57,103 nt of DNA from a virus (lineage: Duplodnaviria; Caudoviricetes): the IMG/VR virus record IMGVR_UViG_3300042430_000603, positions 1-57,103 of that record. One strand, written 5' to 3'. This document shows positions 30,901 through 39,892 of the stretch, one piece after another. The position numbers and the translations under genes were made by a program. The notes under the pieces are model-generated. The model was not told where the DNA came from. It did no database searches and saw only the letters and a program-made list of their open reading frames with translations. Numbering within the stretch: position 1 is the first letter of the stretch; every line of letters begins with the position of its first letter.

Positions 30901-31266
30901 GTAACTTGGAATATTGCAGATACATCTAAAACACCTTATGTACCTCCAGTAGTATATGAATTATATCTAGACTATCCAACTACAAGAGCAACAACTATTC
31001 CAAGAAATGCATATTATTGGTTTAGGGTAGATCTTAATAAGTATAATGATACAGGTTCAGATATAACAATTGTAACAGAATACAGGTTCGATAATACGGG
31101 TGCATGGACTACTTATGAAACATTAACTATTCCTCCATTTTATACTGGTAAAACTACAACAATGGCACTTAATAATAACACAGGTCCATTACTTAACCTA
31201 AATACAAGAGCAAGATCAACCACGGCAGGTATTAATGGTATGCCCACTGCAAATCTTAGTTTTTAA
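24922..31266 (+). CDS. Giant virion adhesin-like protein with tandem Calx-beta/Ig-like repeats
   Basis: 2114 aa; more than 10 repeats of ~100-115 aa with V(N/D)EG...GT.IT..D...AD..TEG.E...YSD...IGN...I.DTSKT. Confidence 0.7.
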   Translation: MSYGFKFFNDSSELVIDNEIVKPWFVGRASFAAAEISSEIPAFSYTHGDNVTRNYSVYRITYSPPNVTNGVFYISLPSDTIYNKAYNVTNPFYSGNQSIYIYAAVNTNYLPVPDDIPEVYCFSLGQITTAGSGYGARLFNSSDQCVFDTTKSHLKIEPISSINFDAFVQPNGGQEYIIPAVDYPAYFLPNLDVNKLTYLDSSYFKRERYLSFFNQSGGYLSSWMPRITEEVKSGNLGFTGSRFFNASTRSSSIKSILPDSIDHNPLYINALTHSPGYIGGTFPAASYTLILSTNTAQEQEGNLAVIQCDVTTVNVPTGRQLRYTLSGTGVTASDFNDGLTGTFTISNSTSRFFLVVSSDNIFEQTETVTVTITNIDGTALVGTAQQFSLKNTKFYNLSTFPANVTSINEGEYVAVTLNTLESSTSPRVVNYTLSQVPSSVGATDQPFDANDWLDTVTLGSGATVVANRFTLPANTTTPGASIVFRAKNDFRVDGPKKLRLSIDDNPAIFVEFTVNDTSLEYSWSISGPNTINEGIEYTYDVTTSAPTGTRAIIGLTAITGASEDDIAQINGINYVSGDTYYVNTTSGLGSFTLKFKADLKTEGDESFTIFLDKDMPIPRTRLADLGFNVSLKDTSLTPINWSFSKVTGNPTTALVREGTNMVVRIQSTNVPTYPYTIYYRIAPGNGTLDTDTNFTTGSVIAFNVTSVDQQVLFQIKEDNITEGTETFQITFYRDAAGTDIITGLEWQIIDAISVERSLGFVVEGQTQTLTIKPNYLSYPYTVYGEITGGNANLTSADFISGTLLTETVLNNDNPVTLTFTGVEDYTVEGLFGEVVFFDMYSDPARTVPIGNSISWTMGDPQYVFSRSFASVNEGSNQVITISTNAVLPKILYGKMTGTNITSSDFSSPPNSTTFEWNITATGQTIGLTMAPDLTTETNPELVTLTFYHDTSFTNQAGNTVTWDIADTSKTPPPSWSFVRDPNTATVDEGVSVTVTANSSFIPSYTNLSIYYKITGTGITTEDFNLNALQGSWVIEDSSEEITFLIQADQLTEGTDSLVITFYSDSNYTTTIGNQLSFSIGDTSKTTWTFARIPATGTIDEGQPISFTATPSNPLAPNITIYYWLNGTNITTGDFTSASLEGSFNSNTGLILTMREDLFTEPFAEVAGITFYSDSNRTITIGNPLSWNIGDTSKTPPSYSLSVSETSVDEGSNFSFTIDSANVLTYPFTAYYKLSGTGITVDDTSFDPILGSVNVPGPSVSFDIDVTADQYTEGNETLTFTIYSDSNRTIQLGSPVSIVLADASKTTWSFARIPATGSINETGTNKSIAFTATPSNPAQAPITVYYWLKSVTGTILDGDFDPAGTLGSFTSNTGLTITMAADTATEGPETVEISFYSNSTRSIQIGNTLVWDVNDTSLNAPYYSVEFSSPNISNNSVNEGLAIDFSVSSSYIPLYPVTIYYKLTGTGITALDTNYALSGPIVLTSAFTSYAVNILADQLTENSETLTVSIYSDAALTTQIGNTASVILNDTSKTTWSFTRSPATGSIPEGQFISFFAQPSNASSSAITVYYGITGILASDLSSGSLTGSFNSADGKDILIYADTFTDGSNETATITFYSDSNRTVQIGNTLSWVIEDTSKSPPSYRISLYDTDETYTSTLDEGYPTWIRIQSADIPSYPQKVYYRALGTGVNTSDTDLVTTNTTGGIDGEFDLLSSNFIKVFSPLSDQLTENTETLVFKFYTLPTRLPANQIKFGPTVYDPETGLVGPLSKLTLTVNDISQTTWSFTRAPIDPVKIKETGTPSSIQISATPSNPAQSPVVFYYTIIGIEASDLTSGSLTGSFVSSAGPSIAMAADSKTEGDETAVISFYKDAAKTVSAGNSLSWVIDDTSVGAPTYSWTASPFTVDEGANVTISWSFGNIPDSMLPFTIYWQISGTNITANDTAEQALQGSFTIPARTGSFTLGMTADLFTEGTETVTGTFYTNAARTIQAGNSVTWNIADTSKTPYVPPVVYELYLDYPTTRATTIPRNAYYWFRVDLNKYNDTGSDITIVTEYRFDNTGAWTTYETLTIPPFYTGKTTTMALNNNTGPLLNLNTRARSTTAGINGMPTANLSF

Positions 31267-31287
31267 ATGAATTAAAATTATTACATT

Positions 31288-31310
31288 TACCAGGGGACGC
31301 TAAAGAGAGA
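31288..31310 (+). promoter_or_regulatory. SP6/T7-like phage RNAP promoter, copy 2 (predicted +1 = G31305)
   Basis: TACCAGGGGACGCTAAA|GAGAGA, identical to copy 1; intergenic. Confidence 0.75.
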
Positions 31311-31352
31311 TCCTAGGCGTCCCCTAGGTAATATTATTATAAGATATTATTA

Positions 31353-31796
31353 ATGGAATTAATTAAACCAAGAACATTAGAAGATATCCATTTTTGTGTT
31401 GATATGTATCTAAATTTAAATGATGAAACTTTTATCCCTGCGGATAAACAACTAGCATATGATAATTTAAGTAACTTAGTTAGACGTAATAAATTTGTTA
31501 GAATGGCAGTTAAAAATAATCAAATCATAGGGTGGATATATGCTACCCCTGGATTAAATCTGCATACAAAAGAAAAGATATTACAACAAATTTATTTTTG
31601 TTCAAATCAAGCAGGAATTTCTGCTGCAAGAGTTATAAAAGTTTTACATGAAGAATTAATAGAAGAAGCAAAAAGACTAGATATCAAATTAGTTATGTCC
31701 ACAGGAAGTCATTTTGACGAGGACAATACTTTTACCAAAATACTTGAAAGGTATGGTTGGGAAAGAAGAGGATACATTGCAATTAAAAAATTGTGA
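31353..31796 (+). CDS. GNAT-family acetyltransferase-like protein
   Basis: 147 aa; IIGWI strand, LIEEAKRL helix and ERYGW C-terminal motif fit the GNAT fold. Confidence 0.6.
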   Translation: MELIKPRTLEDIHFCVDMYLNLNDETFIPADKQLAYDNLSNLVRRNKFVRMAVKNNQIIGWIYATPGLNLHTKEKILQQIYFCSNQAGISAARVIKVLHEELIEEAKRLDIKLVMSTGSHFDEDNTFTKILERYGWERRGYIAIKKL

Positions 31797-31841
31797 TTTC
31801 ATTAACCCTAAGCTCCATCTGAGGATCGAGAAAGGAAGAAA

Positions 31842-32279
31842 ATGGCACGAAGTAAAATTACGTCTGCATCAAAGGATTTAATATCTGATGATGGTGCAGT
31901 ACTAGTATCTGTTATTAAGGGTGAACAGATACATTTAAATTTAACCCTATCATGGCTTACTAATATTTCAAATTATGAGATTTTTAGTAAAGTCGTAGAA
32001 GCAAATAACGATGGTGCTGGAACAATTCCAGAGACAGTAAAACCAGGCGGTGTAACTGTTGATATCCCATTATTAGATACAACAGACACTAATAATCAAT
32101 TTATTATGGTGTTACCAGAAACATTGATTGCAGGGTGGTCTCCACAACCATCCCCTAACAAACCTGTATATGGCTATATTGATCTTGAAATTAGAGATAC
32201 AGGTGTAGGTACTCGAAAACAAGTATGGAAACCATTTAGAGGCTTAGTTGAAGTAAGATACTCTCCAACGGAGCTCTAA
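31842..32279 (+). CDS. Putative fibre-attachment/baseplate (BppU-like) protein
   Basis: 145 aa, YIDLEIRD...RGLVEV pattern, heads the second fibre block. Confidence 0.45.
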   Translation: MARSKITSASKDLISDDGAVLVSVIKGEQIHLNLTLSWLTNISNYEIFSKVVEANNDGAGTIPETVKPGGVTVDIPLLDTTDTNNQFIMVLPETLIAGWSPQPSPNKPVYGYIDLEIRDTGVGTRKQVWKPFRGLVEVRYSPTEL

Positions 32280-32280
32280 C

Positions 32281-35001
32281 ATGGCTACTCAAAATTATGA
32301 AGTAGTTGTAAATCCTGGCTCTATTGAGCTTGGTGTAACTACACAAAATAATATTTTAACAGTACAGACAGTAGACTATATAATGTCGCTATCTCGTACT
32401 GGAGGTCAAGGTGCACAAGGATATAGCGCTTACGAAATTGCTGTTCAAAATGGCTATACTGGTACTGCATTACAATTTGCTACTGAGTTAACAACTCTAG
32501 CACAAAAAGTAACTGCTGCAGCTGCTAGTGCAACTCAAGCCGCTACCTCTGCATCTGCTGCTTCATCAAGTGCAAACTTAGCTAGTGGTAGCGCTCAAGC
32601 TGCTGCTCAGAGTGTTGTAAACTCTATTGCCCAAGCTAATGCCGCATCTATAAGTGCTACTAATGCCGCTGTTAGTGCTGCTCAAGCTAGTGTATCTGCA
32701 GACTTAGCAGAGGATAGCGCTATAGACTCACAATTAGCAGCCGCTGATGCTTCAGCTAGTGAAGATGCTGCAGCTAGTTCTGAAGCTAATGCCTTACTCT
32801 ATAGAAATGCCGCTCAAACATCTGCTACTACTGCAGATGCCAAAGCTACAATAGCAACTAACCAAGCTACTTCTGCTACTACTAGTGCTTCAAATGCCTT
32901 GACAAGCGCTAATAATGCCGCTAGTAGTCAAAGCAATGCTAGTACTAGTGCAACTCAAGCTGCTCAAAGTGCTACTGCTTCTGCAGCAAGTGCTGTTGCC
33001 TCTGATTATAGTGCTGACTTAGCTGACCTAAGTGCTACTAATGCTGAAGCTAGTAAAAATGCTGCGGCATTAAGTCAAGCTGATGCTTTAGCTTCTAAAA
33101 ATGCTTCTGCTATAAGTGCCACAACTGCAACTACAAAAGCAGGTGAAGCATCTACAAGTGCTGCTACTTCAACTACTAAAGCCTCTGAAGCATCTACAAG
33201 TGCTACAAGTGCTGCTGCTTCAGCAACAACTGCAACTTTACAATCTAGTATTGCTACAGTTAAGGCTAATGAAGCTGCCCAGAGTGCCGCTGATGCTGCT
33301 GCTCATCAAGCTGCTGCTCAAGCTGCTCTTGCTTCTTTTAGAAGTACTTATCTAGGTGAGTTAAATGCAGACCCTACCTTAGATGGTAATGGTGATCCTG
33401 TAATGATTGGTGCTGAATATTTCAACACTGTAGCAAACAAGCTAAAAGTATTTACCTCTACTGGCTGGCAATTCTATGATGCAACAGCACAAACAGCTTC
33501 TCAAAATGCTGCTTTAAGTGCTTCACAAGCAGCTTCTTCAAGTGCTACTTCCCAAAGCTATGCTACAACAGCAATTACTAAGGCTACTGAAGCAGCTGGA
33601 TCAGCACAGAGTGCCGCTACAAGTGCAACAAGTGCATTAGCATCTAAGAATGCTGCTGCTACTTCTGAGACCAATTCTAGTGCATCTGAAAACTATGCAT
33701 TAAATTATAAGAATGCTGCTGCTACAAGTGCAGATATTGCTTCTTCTAAAGCTTCTGATGCTAATACATCTGCTTTGAATGCAGCTACAAGTGCTACTGA
33801 TGCCTCTGGCTATTTATCTAGTGTTGTAGCATCTGCTAATAATGCAGGTCAAAGTGCTACTGCAGCTGCAACATCTGCATCTAATTCTGCTTTAAGTGCT
33901 GCAAGTGCTTCTACTAGTGCTAGTAATGCAGATCTTAGTGAAGCTCTCGCTATGGACTGGGCCTCTAAAACAGGAGGTGCAGTAGATGGTACTAATTATT
34001 CAGCAAAGTTTTATGCATTACAAACTACAAGTAGTGCTACTGCAGCTAATTTATCAGCTACGAATGCTGCTACGTCTGCAACACAAGCGCTTACAAGTGC
34101 TACAAGTGCCGCTACATCATTAGCTAATATTGGATCATCAGAATTAAATGCTGCTCAAAGTGCTTCTGATGCTTTAGCCTCTAAGAATGCTTCTGCAATT
34201 AGCGCTACAAATGCTTTAGCTAGCGAGAATGCTGCTGAAGCTGCTGAGATTGGTGCTGCTTCAAGTGCATCCTCTGCATCTACAAGTGCCACTGCATCCG
34301 CAGGATCTGCTACATCAGCTAATACAAGTCAATTGGCTTCAGCCTCAAGTGCTGCTGCTTCATTAACTTCAGCTAATAATTCACAGGCATCAGCTACTGC
34401 ATCTGCCACAAGTGCTACTGCTTCGGCTAGTAGTGCAGCATCTGCTTTAACATCTAAAACTGATGCAGCAACAAGCGCTACCAATGCTGCTACAAGTGCA
34501 ACTAATGCTAGTACCAGTGCTACAAACGCTTTAGCTTCAGAGCTTACTTCTTTATCTTATAAGAATGAAACAGTATACAATGCAACTAATGCTGCTACAT
34601 CTGCAGCTAATGCATTAATCTCTCAGAATGCTTCAGTAAATGCACAGTTAAGTGCTGAGGCGGCAAGAGATTCTGCCTTTGCTGCTTATGACAGTTTTGA
34701 TGATAGATACTTAGGTGTTAAAACTGATGATCCAACAACTGATAACGATGGTAATACCTTAGTTGGTGGTACATTATACTTTCAAAATAACGTAGGTATG
34801 CGTATCTATACTGGTACTAGTTGGACATCTGCTTATGTATCAGGACAAGGAGCCTCTTTAGTTCCTGCTAACAATTTAAGCGATGTAGCAAATGTGGTTA
34901 CTGCAAGAGCAAATCTAGGTCTTGGAACAGCTGCTTTAGCTAATACTGCAGACTTTGTGACTATGGATGATATATTGGCAATGGCAATTGCTTTAGGTTA
35001 A
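32281..35001 (+). CDS. Side tail fibre with Ala/Ser/Thr-rich coiled-coil repeats
   Basis: 906 aa with SATNA/SASSA repeats (Stf-like), two F...YLG....DPT.D..G domains, NNLSDV...ARANLGLG, and a C-terminal AMAIALG. Confidence 0.75.
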   Translation: MATQNYEVVVNPGSIELGVTTQNNILTVQTVDYIMSLSRTGGQGAQGYSAYEIAVQNGYTGTALQFATELTTLAQKVTAAAASATQAATSASAASSSANLASGSAQAAAQSVVNSIAQANAASISATNAAVSAAQASVSADLAEDSAIDSQLAAADASASEDAAASSEANALLYRNAAQTSATTADAKATIATNQATSATTSASNALTSANNAASSQSNASTSATQAAQSATASAASAVASDYSADLADLSATNAEASKNAAALSQADALASKNASAISATTATTKAGEASTSAATSTTKASEASTSATSAAASATTATLQSSIATVKANEAAQSAADAAAHQAAAQAALASFRSTYLGELNADPTLDGNGDPVMIGAEYFNTVANKLKVFTSTGWQFYDATAQTASQNAALSASQAASSSATSQSYATTAITKATEAAGSAQSAATSATSALASKNAAATSETNSSASENYALNYKNAAATSADIASSKASDANTSALNAATSATDASGYLSSVVASANNAGQSATAAATSASNSALSAASASTSASNADLSEALAMDWASKTGGAVDGTNYSAKFYALQTTSSATAANLSATNAATSATQALTSATSAATSLANIGSSELNAAQSASDALASKNASAISATNALASENAAEAAEIGAASSASSASTSATASAGSATSANTSQLASASSAAASLTSANNSQASATASATSATASASSAASALTSKTDAATSATNAATSATNASTSATNALASELTSLSYKNETVYNATNAATSAANALISQNASVNAQLSAEAARDSAFAAYDSFDDRYLGVKTDDPTTDNDGNTLVGGTLYFQNNVGMRIYTGTSWTSAYVSGQGASLVPANNLSDVANVVTARANLGLGTAALANTADFVTMDDILAMAIALG

Positions 35002-35011
35002 GGAGAAAACA

Positions 35012-35338
35012 ATGGCAAATAATTTTATTAACGCTGTTGCATCTAATATTGGAACTACTGAAGTTGTGATTTATACAGCTCCTACTAATACCAAAGCAAT
35101 TCTTATTGGGTGTAACTTAGCAAACAAAACAGGTAGTTTTCTTCCTGTTAGTCTTATCCTACGTAAATCTACTGGCGATGCATATATCGTAAAAGATAAA
35201 CGTGTAGGTAATGGAGAAAACGAAGAAGTAATGAAGGGTAATAAAATTATACTATTACCTGGTGATCAATTAATTTCCATCAGTGTTGATGCTAATGCTT
35301 TTGACGCTATTGCTTCAATTCTATCAGGAGTAGCATAA
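35012..35338 (+). CDS. Small tail/fibre-associated structural protein
   Basis: 108 aa MANNF..., IYTAP...LIGCNLAN...KIILLPGD; follows the AIALG-ending fibre. Confidence 0.55.
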   Translation: MANNFINAVASNIGTTEVVIYTAPTNTKAILIGCNLANKTGSFLPVSLILRKSTGDAYIVKDKRVGNGENEEVMKGNKIILLPGDQLISISVDANAFDAIASILSGVA

Positions 35339-35568
35339 TGGCTGGCTTTTATGAAGGTACAGATTTAGCTGATAAAACCTTTTATGGATTTAGATTTAAT
35401 CCAGACACAGGTAACTTGGAAATAGAGATCATTAATGATGGCTCTCCAGTTATGTTACCTGATGAAGGTATTATTGACAAATATGATTATAGACAATGGG
35501 TTTGGTCTCGTGATACTTTAAAGTTTCAGTGGGGTAACAATGGACATTTACAGGTGAAATTCTTATGA
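35338..35568 (+). CDS. Hypothetical virion-associated protein
   Basis: 76-aa ORF translationally coupled on both sides. Confidence 0.6.
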   Translation: MAGFYEGTDLADKTFYGFRFNPDTGNLEIEIINDGSPVMLPDEGIIDKYDYRQWVWSRDTLKFQWGNNGHLQVKFL

Positions 35569-38500
35569 CACAATTAATTGATTTAGGGAAACTACGGTTT
35601 CATTTCGCAGGTGACTGGTTACAATCCACCACTTACGAATCAAACGATATCGTCAAATATGGTGGTAACGTTTATGTATATACGTATGGTTTAAAGACCT
35701 CTGGTAATTTACCAACAAATACAGTATATTGGGCCTTGATGATTCAAGGGTTTAAATTTAGAGGTAATTTTAGCACAGCTGTTGATTACAAAGTAGGTGA
35801 TGGTATTGCCCATGGTGGTAAAGTCTATATTGCTGTTTTAGACAGTGTAAACCAGACCCCTCCTAACACTACATACTGGTCACAATTTGCTGATGGTATT
35901 CAATATGAAGGTACATACAATCCTGTATCAGCATACCAAAAGAATGACGTAGTAGTTTATGGTGGTTCTGTATACATTGCTAAACAAGACACTACAGGTA
36001 ATGATCCTACTCAAACAGGATTCTGGGATAAGTTTGTTGAAGGTATTAGTGCAAAAAGCGTTTATAACAACGCAACAGCATATGTTCCAGGTGATTTAGT
36101 TGCTTATGGTCCAAATATTTATCGTGCAAAAGTAAATACTACAGGTAATATTCCTACCAATACTACGCAATGGGAATTATTAATTAGTGGTACTAAATTC
36201 CAAGGTACTTATAGCTCAGTTACAACATACTATTTAAATGACTTAGTTGTTTATGGTAATACGCTTTATAGAAGTAAACAAGAACAATCTAATACTTTAC
36301 CTACAACTACGGCTAGTTGGGAAATTATTACAGGTGGTACCCTGTTTAAGGGTGCATATGTAAATGCTACAGCATATAAGAAGGGTGATCTAGTAACCTA
36401 TGGATCAAACACTTACATTGCATTACAAGATTCAACTGGTAATCTACCTACTGCAGCATCATACTGGGAACTCTATAATGCAGGTTTAAAATACCAAGGT
36501 GTATGGTCTAGTTTAACTGCATATAAAATTGGTGAAGTTATAACTTATGGTGGTAGTTTATTCCAAGCTAGGCTTGATAATAGCAACACAAACCCAACAA
36601 CCACTGCTACATGGGATAAACTAGTTGCAGGGTTTAAGAACAAAGGTACTTGGGCTACTACTACTGAATACGGTATTGATGAGGTAGTTTCACATGGTGG
36701 CAACACTTATATATCTCTCATTCCTCATGCATCAACTACATTTGAAACTGACTTAGCAGCAGTTAAATGGCAAAAGTTTAACTCAGGTGTTAGATGGAGA
36801 GGCACTTGGGCTGCTTCCACTTTATATCTAAAAGATGATATAATTAAAGATACAATTGGTTCTGCATATTTAGCAACTCAAGATCATACTTCTAGTTCTT
36901 CTTTCGTTACTGATTCCTCTAAATGGGCATTATTTGTTGTTGGTGGATCAGATGTATTACCTGCAATTCAAGCAACAGATGCTGGACAAAGTTTAACTGT
37001 TACTGGTAATGGTATAAACCTAGATTGGCTTGGCGCTACACAATCAGCTAATGTATTCTATGTAGCTCCTCATGGTGTAGATGCACCTGCGTATGGTAAA
37101 AATTTAACAACCCCATATGCTTCTGTTAGATACGCTTGTGATAATGCTCCAGAAAACTCTACAATCTTTGTTAAAACAGGTACATATGATGAGCAGTTAC
37201 CTATTACAATTCCAGCTAACGTTGCTATTGTAGGAGATAATCAGCGTACAGTTATTATTGAGCCTAAAACTGGTTTAAGTGACGATGGTGTTACTCTAAA
37301 CTCACAAGCAACGATGTTCTTAATGAGTAATGGTTCTATTCTTAATAAGATGACCTTTAGAGGCATGACAGGTTGGACTCCTGGTGGTACTACACCATCA
37401 GATGTTACTACGTCTACTATTAAAGGCGTTGTTGTTAGATTGAATCCAGCTAGCCCTATTACACACAAATCACCATATGTACTTGAATGTTCATTTATTG
37501 GTTCTGGTGGTATTGGTGCTTTGATCGATGGTTCTGTTCATGCAACAGGCGCTAAGACTATGATTTTCCATGGCTACACTGTTATTTCTGATAATGGTAT
37601 TGGCTATTGGGTTAAAGATGGTGGTAAGTCTGAAATTGTATCTTGCTTTACATACTACTGCTACTTTGGATACACTGCTTCAGGCGGTGGATTTATCCGT
37701 GCATTAAATGGTAATAATAGCTATGGTACATGGGGTGCTACTTCTCGTGGATTTGATGTTAATGAATCAGCGTTAACAGGTGCTTTAGTTGGACAACAAT
37801 TAAACTTCCAATATGGTGGTGGTGCTATTAATGTAGGGGATACTGTTACAGGCCCATCAGGTACAGGTATAGTTACTAACGTACAATACTCTGCTGATAA
37901 AGTTTATGTAAAGAATACTACAGGTACATTTACAGCAGGTCAAGCATTAACTTTTACAAGTGGTGGTACTGGTAGTGTTAATACTGGTGGATTAGAGAAT
38001 CAAAAAGGTTTTGTATTAATCGTAAATGGATTAACAGCATTACCAAAGCCAGGATCTAGTATTTCTATTGCAGGTGATATATTCTCTTATGTTATTCAGA
38101 GTGTATCAGGTACTTATACAAACTCAAGTAGTGAAATTGTATTAATTCTTGCACAAGAAAAACCAAATGGTTCTCCAGCAGATTCAGTAATTACTATGCG
38201 TAGACAATATAGTCAGATTCGTTTAACTGGTCATGACTTCTTAAGCATTGGTACTGGTGGTGTAGTAACAACTAACTATCCAGGAGTTCCAACACAACCT
38301 TCAGCTCAAGGTAATGAAACTGATGAAGCCTATCCAGGTCGTGTATACTATGTAAGTACTGACCAAGATGGTAACTTTAGGGTTGGTGAATATTTCCGTA
38401 TTGATCAAGCTACTGGCCGTGCAACCTTGAATGCTAACGCTTTCGATTTAGCTGGTTTAACCTCTCTTAAGCTTGGATCTATTGGTGCACAATTAGGTGA

Positions 38501-38933
38501 AACTATTAATGAGTTCTCTAGTGATGGCGCATTGTCAGGTAATTCTAATACTGCAGTTCCAACAGAATATGCTGTAAAAACTTATGTAGATACTAAAACT
38601 GCCGCTTCAACAACTGGTATTATTAGTACAAACGTTGCTTTAGGTACTTCAAATGTATTAGTACCTTCTCAGAATGCAGCTAAAACCTACATTGATGCAG
38701 GTGATGCTGCTACGCTAACCTCTGCAAATTCTTATACAAATACTGCAGTAGGTGGTATAAGTGTAAATGAATTACCACTAGTAGCTACTATTAGTACTGA
38801 TAAAACTTTAGGTTCTTACAAGATGACTTTTAGTATGTCTACACTAACTCTTTCTGGCGCAACGGTATATACTATTGCTCCAAACGCTTATCATTTCGTG
38901 TTGAATCCAAATGGATTCGCACTCTTTAATTAA
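35565..38933 (+). CDS. Tail fibre/spike with Y..GD.V.YGG repeats and a beta-helix-like domain
   Basis: About 9 repeats of G.W/Y....Y...D.V.YGG..Y; FYVAPHG.D...TIFVKTGTY.E.LP beta-helix start; VYYVSTDQDGNFRVG and NEFSSD...AVPTE.AVK.YVD motifs. Confidence 0.72.
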   Translation: MTQLIDLGKLRFHFAGDWLQSTTYESNDIVKYGGNVYVYTYGLKTSGNLPTNTVYWALMIQGFKFRGNFSTAVDYKVGDGIAHGGKVYIAVLDSVNQTPPNTTYWSQFADGIQYEGTYNPVSAYQKNDVVVYGGSVYIAKQDTTGNDPTQTGFWDKFVEGISAKSVYNNATAYVPGDLVAYGPNIYRAKVNTTGNIPTNTTQWELLISGTKFQGTYSSVTTYYLNDLVVYGNTLYRSKQEQSNTLPTTTASWEIITGGTLFKGAYVNATAYKKGDLVTYGSNTYIALQDSTGNLPTAASYWELYNAGLKYQGVWSSLTAYKIGEVITYGGSLFQARLDNSNTNPTTTATWDKLVAGFKNKGTWATTTEYGIDEVVSHGGNTYISLIPHASTTFETDLAAVKWQKFNSGVRWRGTWAASTLYLKDDIIKDTIGSAYLATQDHTSSSSFVTDSSKWALFVVGGSDVLPAIQATDAGQSLTVTGNGINLDWLGATQSANVFYVAPHGVDAPAYGKNLTTPYASVRYACDNAPENSTIFVKTGTYDEQLPITIPANVAIVGDNQRTVIIEPKTGLSDDGVTLNSQATMFLMSNGSILNKMTFRGMTGWTPGGTTPSDVTTSTIKGVVVRLNPASPITHKSPYVLECSFIGSGGIGALIDGSVHATGAKTMIFHGYTVISDNGIGYWVKDGGKSEIVSCFTYYCYFGYTASGGGFIRALNGNNSYGTWGATSRGFDVNESALTGALVGQQLNFQYGGGAINVGDTVTGPSGTGIVTNVQYSADKVYVKNTTGTFTAGQALTFTSGGTGSVNTGGLENQKGFVLIVNGLTALPKPGSSISIAGDIFSYVIQSVSGTYTNSSSEIVLILAQEKPNGSPADSVITMRRQYSQIRLTGHDFLSIGTGGVVTTNYPGVPTQPSAQGNETDEAYPGRVYYVSTDQDGNFRVGEYFRIDQATGRATLNANAFDLAGLTSLKLGSIGAQLGETINEFSSDGALSGNSNTAVPTEYAVKTYVDTKTAASTTGIISTNVALGTSNVLVPSQNAAKTYIDAGDAATLTSANSYTNTAVGGISVNELPLVATISTDKTLGSYKMTFSMSTLTLSGATVYTIAPNAYHFVLNPNGFALFN

Positions 38934-38943
38934 GGAATAAATT

Positions 38944-39891
38944 ATGTCTAAAATTGTTGTAGACCAATTTCAAAAATCAGGTGGTGCTGCTTTCACACTA
39001 CCTACATCGGATGGCACAAATGGCCAGTTCATGAAAACAGATGGAGCAGGTAATTTAGTATTTGGTAGTGGACCAGTAATAGATGTTATCTCTGGATTAG
39101 TTTCTCCAGAAAATAAAGGCAATATTGGGTGTATAATTTCTCACACAGACCGTAGCAATACTTATAGTACAGGAGAGTGGTCTTCTTCTGGCCCCTGGAC
39201 TACTTACACAGCTAATCAATCTCATACCGATAACCACTTAATCCAATTTATATCAATGGCACTTGGGGATGGTTATGGAAATTCAGGAACTAGTGAACTA
39301 GCCCACTTTGGTGATTTTGAAGGTGGACTAAGTCGCCAACTACAATTCTCTAATGGTAATCGTTTAGGTTATTCTCGTGATGTGTTCCATTATGATAATA
39401 ATACAAGCTATGGTGGCCATAGTTTTCGTATTATGCCTATTCGTAATACTAGTGGAGCTGCTATTACTATTTCATTAGCGGCATACTGCTCTGATTATTG
39501 GTCTGCGGGATATGAAGGTGCACAACTGTTTGTACTTGCTCCTAATTCAGGACTTTACAGTGGTGTTACTGGAGTTACTGGTACAAGTCTTGCCTCAAGT
39601 TCAACTACTACACAAAATACAAACCTGACAGGTACTTTTTCAGTTCCTGCTAATACTACCATACTTGCTTGTTTAGTTAGTACTGATCAATATCAAACCA
39701 CATATAGATTTAAAGATACTAACTTTTTCTATAATCTTAATACTACCTTTACAAATGCATCTATTATTTGTGATATGAGAATGTTAAGCTCTTTATTCCA
39801 ATCTAGATTTAGTATGACATATGCTGGCGCAGCAAGCTCTATTATCAAGAAAATCTGGACTGATACAGCCCTAAACTATGGAGATCGTTAA
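38944..39891 (+). CDS. Tail fibre-like protein
   Basis: FTLPTSDGTNGQFMKTDGAGNL.F fibre motif at the N-terminus. Confidence 0.6.
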   Translation: MSKIVVDQFQKSGGAAFTLPTSDGTNGQFMKTDGAGNLVFGSGPVIDVISGLVSPENKGNIGCIISHTDRSNTYSTGEWSSSGPWTTYTANQSHTDNHLIQFISMALGDGYGNSGTSELAHFGDFEGGLSRQLQFSNGNRLGYSRDVFHYDNNTSYGGHSFRIMPIRNTSGAAITISLAAYCSDYWSAGYEGAQLFVLAPNSGLYSGVTGVTGTSLASSSTTTQNTNLTGTFSVPANTTILACLVSTDQYQTTYRFKDTNFFYNLNTTFTNASIICDMRMLSSLFQSRFSMTYAGAASSIIKKIWTDTALNYGDR

Positions 39892-39892
39892 A

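Noticed and set aside
31801-31812. ATTAACCCT, matching the start of the T3 promoter (also AACCCTAA near 6708)
   Set aside because: The match stops after 9 nt, there is no CACTAAAG, and the two sites share too little for an AT-rich genome.
32500-34700. Dense GCT/AGT/ACT short repeats suggesting an array
   Set aside because: Explained by Ala/Ser/Thr-rich fibre coding; no constant repeat-spacer period, so not CRISPR.
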